DNA of 64,000 nt from a virus, in the IMG/VR virus record IMGVR_UViG_3300020183_000013, positions 1 through 64,000 of that record. One strand, 5' to 3'. Position 1 is the first letter of the stretch. Every line of letters begins with the position of its first letter. A model generated the notes under the pieces. It searched no databases, was not told the DNA's origin, and worked only from the letters and a program-made list of their open reading frames with translations. Made by a program: the position numbers and the translations under genes. This document shows, piece by piece, positions 59,236 through 64,000 of the stretch.

Positions 59236-59673
59236 ATGAAAGCAGTCATCACCGCTATAATTGCTGCAGGAATTCTTGTTCCTACTTCAGCAGTTGCACA
59301 GCAAACAAATTACTATCAAGTTTGTAAGACATATCAAGAAAATTACGTTCCTGGTTATTATGACCAGTATGGAAATTATATTCCTGGTTATGTAAATCGT
59401 GTTAGTTATACTACCTCTTGTGGTTCTGGAGGTCCTGTAACATATCAACAACCAACTTATAATCGTAGGATTTGTAATCCTGCCGCTGGTGCAGCTATGG
59501 GTGCTGGTCTTGCAAGTGCTCTATCTGGTGGTTCTGGATGGCAAAATAGTGGCAGTTGGAATCGTAAATATAACCGAAACAGTTCATCTGGAAGTTGGTC
59601 TAACTCTTATAAAAATACTAGCGGTTGGACTTTATTTGGTGCTGGGCTCGGAGCACTTATGTATAGTTGCTGA
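59236..59673 (+). CDS. Secreted/membrane protein with glycine-zipper-like segments
   Basis: Signal peptide; GAAMGAGLA and GAGLGAL segments. Confidence 0.6.
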   Translation: MKAVITAIIAAGILVPTSAVAQQTNYYQVCKTYQENYVPGYYDQYGNYIPGYVNRVSYTTSCGSGGPVTYQQPTYNRRICNPAAGAAMGAGLASALSGGSGWQNSGSWNRKYNRNSSSGSWSNSYKNTSGWTLFGAGLGALMYSC

Positions 59674-59755
59674 GACAGTTCTCAAACTGGCACACGGGGG
59701 GATCTCAGGGCACTGGGGACCCCTTATAATATATGAGTAATCGACAGACGCCCCA

Positions 59756-60169
59756 ATGGCAACTCGTGCTCGCATCGGTCTTGAACTCAAAGATGGTTCT
59801 ATTCTGTCTGTCTATCACCACTGGGACGGTTATCCTGAGTGGTTGGGTCGCATCCTGAAGACTCATTACAATGCACGTTCTCTTGCTGAAGAACTGATTG
59901 ATGGTGGCGATATGAGTTCTTGCTGGACTGATTCTCGCTGGGATGATAGTGCAGTTAAGGGTGTTTATGGACCTGAGTATTATTCTCAGCGTGGTGAAGA
60001 TTGTCCTCCGCGTCTTGATGCTGACCTTTGTGAGTATCTGCTTTCCATCAATGCCGAAGAGTATCACTATCTCTTCCGTAATGGTAAGTGGGTTTGCTAT
60101 GAAATCAATTCACTTGGTCTCGAACTTCCCAAAATTGTTGAAATTCCCTCTGGAGCACTTGCAGTATGA
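59756..60169 (+). CDS. Conserved phage early protein
   Basis: MATRARIG..YHHWDGYP..G..L..EY.Y. Confidence 0.7.
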   Translation: MATRARIGLELKDGSILSVYHHWDGYPEWLGRILKTHYNARSLAEELIDGGDMSSCWTDSRWDDSAVKGVYGPEYYSQRGEDCPPRLDADLCEYLLSINAEEYHYLFRNGKWVCYEINSLGLELPKIVEIPSGALAV

Positions 60170-60740
60170 CAGAAGATCTTTACACAATTGAAGAATTTTG
60201 CACCGTTGGATGGACTCCTATTGCATCTAAACTGACAAAGCCGCAAGCAACTGAGCGTATTGAATCTCTTATCAATGAAGGTTACAATCCAAATCGCCTG
60301 AGGGTAATCCGTGAACAGTAGGCACATTTCTTACATCTTTTTCGCTCTTATTGCAATTCTTGGATGGAATGTCTTTCTAATCCAGCGTGATGATGCAATG
60401 TATAAAGCACACTATCGTCAACAAGCAATGGAGAACCTAAAGAAACCTCCAAGTATTGAAATCAAATGACATTAGCAGTCGGAATCTTTATCTACCTTAT
60501 GTTGGTAGCACTTGTTTCTCTGCTACTTACATATTATTACAAAGTTATTCATCCAAGAGATGAGGCAAAATGGACCAACAAACCAAACTAATCTTTGCAC
60601 TGATGCAAGTTGACAACCTTACCAACTTGTTGGAGGACAATGAGTATCAAAAGTTTCTTTATGGACGCCTCATTTCAGTTCGTTGCGAACTTCAAAGACA
60701 GTTGACCAATTTCCAATACACTGCTAAAATCAAGGAGTAA
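60166..60740 (+). other. Four small overlapping ORFs (60166-60321, 60311-60469, 60466-60591, 60570-60740)
   Basis: 41-56 aa frames with overlapping starts and stops; two are hydrophobic. Confidence 0.5.
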
Positions 60741-60753
60741 TTTACAAAAACAA

Positions 60754-60984
60754 ATGAAATATCTGTACATCGTTGACTACTGGGTTCCTTTTCCCTCTTC
60801 TGAGTATGGTGGCGTAATCAATGTCATTTCTGAAAATGATGTTGAGTGTCACGATATTTTGAGAGACTCAGATGACTATGATGACCGATATGAGAGTAAA
60901 ATTATGGAGCGCGTAGTTGCTGCCCCTCGCTTTGCTCTTGTGGATGAAGAAGAATCCCGTATTGTTGAATCTTTTACGACCTGA
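60754..60984 (+). CDS. Hypothetical protein
   Basis: YIVDYWVPFPSSEYGG; promoter TTGACC-17 nt-TAAAAT at 60702-60730. Confidence 0.7.
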   Translation: MKYLYIVDYWVPFPSSEYGGVINVISENDVECHDILRDSDDYDDRYESKIMERVVAAPRFALVDEEESRIVESFTT

Positions 60985-60986
60985 TT

Positions 60987-61145
60987 ATGAGTTCTCAACC
61001 TAACGTTCAACACGCTGGCAATATGCTGACAAATCTCAAAAAAATGCATCAAGATAAAATTGAAGAATTGTATCGAATGATTGAGTCTCTCCAAGAAGAG
61101 ATTAGAATTATTAAAGAATTCGATGAACGCCTTGACGACCTTTGA
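60987..61145 (+). CDS. Small coiled-coil protein
   Basis: 52-aa frame filling the gap between neighbours. Confidence 0.45.
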   Translation: MSSQPNVQHAGNMLTNLKKMHQDKIEELYRMIESLQEEIRIIKEFDERLDDL

Positions 61146-61416
61146 GTTTCCTCACACTGCTCCTAAAGGATACAGTTATGAATTTGAAGAATTCAAACGG
61201 AATGTTGTTGGAATATGGATCCGCAATCATTACCGTTTTGATTATAACAACGGGTCTCCTGTACGTTCTATCTGGGGATTCTGGAATACAAAAACAAAAT
61301 CCTACCACGCTCCAATCAATGCAAAGACAGTTGGTAGTGTAGTAGACATTAGAGACACTACACCATACTCATCAATGAAACCCAAATTGACACCACTTGA
61401 GGCTTGTTTCCAATGA
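61123..61416 (+). CDS. Hypothetical protein
   Basis: FPH.APKGYSY..SIWGF..TTPYSSM. Confidence 0.65.
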   Translation: MNALTTFEFPHTAPKGYSYEFEEFKRNVVGIWIRNHYRFDYNNGSPVRSIWGFWNTKTKSYHAPINAKTVGSVVDIRDTTPYSSMKPKLTPLEACFQ

Positions 61417-61604
61417 ATGACTTTATTAACGAAATCCGAGAGCAATCACTTGATGAGCTTGATGCTTATTGGAGTGAGAGAATGTGTGTTTTAGTGTCTG
61501 ATGATCGTATTGACGACTCTGATGCGCTATATCTTGAGTTTGTTGTAGATGGTGAAGAACCTGAAGAATACATTTTTATGGAGGATCTGAGTGGTATTTG
61601 TTGA
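61413..61604 (+). CDS. Acidic hypothetical protein
   Basis: ATGA-coupled to the upstream gene. Confidence 0.55.
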   Translation: MNDFINEIREQSLDELDAYWSERMCVLVSDDRIDDSDALYLEFVVDGEEPEEYIFMEDLSGIC

Positions 61605-62049
61605 AGGAACTACAGTGTCTTACAAGCACGTTACTGGCGCAATTGCCTTTGTAAGTGAACAATCAATTTCAATTCTTGTGCATAAAGGTAAACACAGATC
61701 AAAAGATGTACGTGTTGTTGTTCCTACCTTTGAGTTTCATCTGATCACATCGCTTGAAGAAAAATGAAATATGAAGTATCATATCTAAAGCCAAAGCAAA
61801 GAGGTTATGCTAAACAGTCTGCGGTCTTTTTCAAACTTGATGATGCATTTGCCTGGCAGTCTTATGTCAAGAGTGTTGGGGCAAAAGAAATCATTGTCAC
61901 GCCCAAGTGAATACCAGTGCCAAGCGTGTGATGAAGTAAAACCTTTGACTTCTGAGTATTTTCAAGCAGTCAAGAACTTCAAATACGGATACTCTACATA
62001 TTGTAATGAATGCGACAAAAAAGTCTTCAAGAAAAAGGATGAAGAATAA
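61591..62049 (+). other. Three small ORFs (61591-61767, 61764-61910, 61894-62049 with CxxC..CxxC zinc ribbon)
   Basis: Coupled frames; the last has CQAC...CNEC. Confidence 0.5.
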
Positions 62050-62248
62050 AAAACACAGGACAATATGGAGACTCTGGTCTTATTCGCTTGGTGAAAAACA
62101 CGGGAAGAATGATAAAGAAGCAGACATCATTTCAATTGTAAGAACTATCATCTTTGCAACCTATCTGATTACAAACTGTTTTATTGTTGCGGGTGTAATT
62201 AGACATTGGAATGACATAGACTACTCAAATGTTGAAAGAGTCAAATGA
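62039..62248 (+). CDS. Small membrane protein
   Basis: WRLW..LGEK..D.EAD..TM segment..RHW. Confidence 0.6.
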   Translation: MKNKKHRTIWRLWSYSLGEKHGKNDKEADIISIVRTIIFATYLITNCFIVAGVIRHWNDIDYSNVERVK

Positions 62249-62460
62249 TTTCAAAAAGAATTGATCCACAACCAGAAGTACAACCATTTCATAAAGTATT
62301 TCCTTTTGCATTAGAATGGTTCGTAAAGGATGGTAAAAGAAAACTACAGCATAATGCATACTTTCCATATGATGATTACAGAGAAAACTATGTCAAAAAA
62401 CTTAAAGGAACAACAGCAATTGGAATCAAAAAATACAAAACAAAACCGAGAAATGATTGA
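62245..62460 (+). CDS. Hypothetical protein
   Basis: ATGA-coupled 71-aa ORF. Confidence 0.55.
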   Translation: MISKRIDPQPEVQPFHKVFPFALEWFVKDGKRKLQHNAYFPYDDYRENYVKKLKGTTAIGIKKYKTKPRND

Positions 62461-62647
62461 CGATTGTTTCTATGTTGAAGAGAAAAAGTATGGGTTGTGG
62501 GATTCATACGATAAAGATGGTAAGTGCATCATTACAGCACTGAATGAGGAAGAATGTGTACGAGCAACAAGGTTCTATTTGAAAGGACAGCAGGAAGGAT
62601 GGCCTGACTCTAAAACTTATTCTACAAAGGATAACTATAAACTCTAA
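62453..62647 (+). CDS. Hypothetical protein
   Basis: MIDDCFYVEEKKYGLW..; ATG 62453. Confidence 0.6.
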   Translation: MIDDCFYVEEKKYGLWDSYDKDGKCIITALNEEECVRATRFYLKGQQEGWPDSKTYSTKDNYKL

Positions 62648-62661
62648 CTAATTTAAAAAAA

Positions 62662-62874
62662 ATGGAACGTTTTAGAGTAGGAGATACTGTTGCATACATT
62701 GGTGCAATAGATGAACAAGTTCACTGGGGTGCTGGTAACAACGATCCTAGGGACATTCTTACTTTAAACACTCATTACATTGTAGAACGTGTCGATGTGC
62801 ATACCTGGCATACAAAGTTGACACTTCAAGGTATATCTGGTAGATTTAATTCTGTACATTTTGAAAAAGTATGA
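62662..62874 (+). CDS. Small SH3-like hypothetical protein
   Basis: F.VGD.V..FNSV.FE pattern. Confidence 0.6.
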   Translation: MERFRVGDTVAYIGAIDEQVHWGAGNNDPRDILTLNTHYIVERVDVHTWHTKLTLQGISGRFNSVHFEKV

Positions 62875-62967
62875 CTGTAAGAACTTACACACAAAAAGAT
62901 GGTACAATTTGGGAATGGGATGAAACTCAACAAATTGCCAACTATATAAAGAATCTGCACAACTCCT

Positions 62968-63399
62968 ATGGAAATACTGACGGAGGGACACAAAGCTCTA
63001 AGAGTAAAGAGCAAGCGGATTGATAAAATAGACGATACTGTTCGTACCACTTGTGCAGCACTTGTTGACCTAATGGTTAAAAACAATGGTGTAGGACTTT
63101 CTGCTCCACAATGTGGTATTAACAAGCGTATCATTGTAATCACCGATAATCAATCAATCAAAGTTCTTATCAATCCAGAAATTATATTTCATTCTGAAGA
63201 AACTGAAATGGATGAAGAGGGATGTTTGAGTATCCCTGAGACATTCATCAAAAAGAATAGGTATAGTTCAATCACAATTAAATATCGCAACCTTGCTGGA
63301 CATCCACATTTAGAGACACACAGAGGCTTGACCGCAAGGATTATACAACACGAAATTGATCATCTTGATGGGATATTAATGACTGATGAAACAACTTGA
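62968..63399 (+). CDS. def: Peptide deformylase
   Basis: GVGLSAPQCG, EGCLS, QHEIDH. Confidence 0.97.
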   Translation: MEILTEGHKALRVKSKRIDKIDDTVRTTCAALVDLMVKNNGVGLSAPQCGINKRIIVITDNQSIKVLINPEIIFHSEETEMDEEGCLSIPETFIKKNRYSSITIKYRNLAGHPHLETHRGLTARIIQHEIDHLDGILMTDETT

Positions 63400-63958
63400 T
63401 AGTGGAAAACTGATGTTTTCTGAGGGTAACAATGACGAATGTTACACTCCGTTTTACGGTGTAACTCCAATTCTCAAATACATCCCTAAAGATGCAGTTG
63501 TTTGGTGTCCATTTGATACGATTGATAGTGAGTTTGTCAAACAGATTAGTAAGCAGAATGAGGTAGTCTTTACTCATATCAATTATAATCAAGACTTTCT
63601 CACCTATGAACCTGACAACTGGGATGTAATCGTATCTAATCCACCATTTACAAACAAGCGCAAGTTCTTCGAGCGAGCATTATCATTTGAGAAACCATTT
63701 GCTCTCATTATGACTAACACTTGGTTGAATGATAGTGCTCCTAAGCAGTTGTTCAAGGATAAGGATCTGCAACTACTAATGTTTGATAAGCGGATGAAGT
63801 TTCATAGCCCTGATGGTAGACCAAACGACAAGATTACATTCAGCAGCAGTTACTATTGCTGGAACTTTCTACCAAAACAAATCATTATGGAGGAGTTGAG
63901 TGTGCCACCTTCCAAACTGGCACAACGGACCCGTAGCGAGGCAGTGCTTCCCCTATAA
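63386..63958 (+). CDS. Putative N6-adenine methyltransferase
   Basis: YTP, VWCPFD, DF and IVSNPPF motifs. Confidence 0.7.
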   Translation: MKQLDSGKLMFSEGNNDECYTPFYGVTPILKYIPKDAVVWCPFDTIDSEFVKQISKQNEVVFTHINYNQDFLTYEPDNWDVIVSNPPFTNKRKFFERALSFEKPFALIMTNTWLNDSAPKQLFKDKDLQLLMFDKRMKFHSPDGRPNDKITFSSSYYCWNFLPKQIIMEELSVPPSKLAQRTRSEAVLPL

Positions 63959-64000
63959 TACTTACATACGCAACAGATGCCGATGAGCACTCCTACCATG

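Larger units (their letters stand above)
50960..63959 (+). promoter_or_regulatory. Eight copies of a 24-bp imperfect palindrome plus sigma70 -10 box
   Basis: Palindromes start at 50960, 52087, 53440, 56009, 57257, 59155, 59671, 63901; each ends 28-30 nt before TATAAT/TATAGT/TATATT. Confidence 0.8.

Noticed and set aside
50960-63924. CRISPR array interpretation of the 24-bp palindromes
   Set aside because: Copies are degenerate, 0.5-4 kb apart, separated by genes and tied to promoters
1-64000. Stop-codon recoding or introns/inteins
   Set aside because: Genes tile densely in the standard code with no interrupted conserved genes seen

Overview
AT-rich segment of a T4-like cyanomyovirus. A cyanobacterial host is inferred from CP12, peptide deformylase, 2OG-Fe(II) oxygenases and T4-type TAAATA late promoters. 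Essentially all real genes lie on the + strand. 0.3-6.7 kb: baseplate hub/spike genes with cp12 inserted among them. 6.7-8.7 kb: small ORFs, two tRNAs, a Mom-like DNA-modification gene and a candidate sRNA. 8.7-50.7 kb: a ~42 kb fibre/receptor-binding-protein (RBP) locus with about 12 distinct putative tips, plus adaptors and dedicated chaperones. Its recurrent internal domains and N-terminal peptides pair up in matching numbers, suggesting a hierarchically branched socket-and-plug fibre tree, and it carries many DNA-level traces of cassette shuffling. 51-64 kb: early/middle accessory region (helicase, def, methyltransferase, many small ORFs) with eight copies of a 24-bp imperfect palindrome fixed 28-30 nt upstream of a sigma70 -10 box. 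All product calls come from reading motifs by eye; no database search was run.
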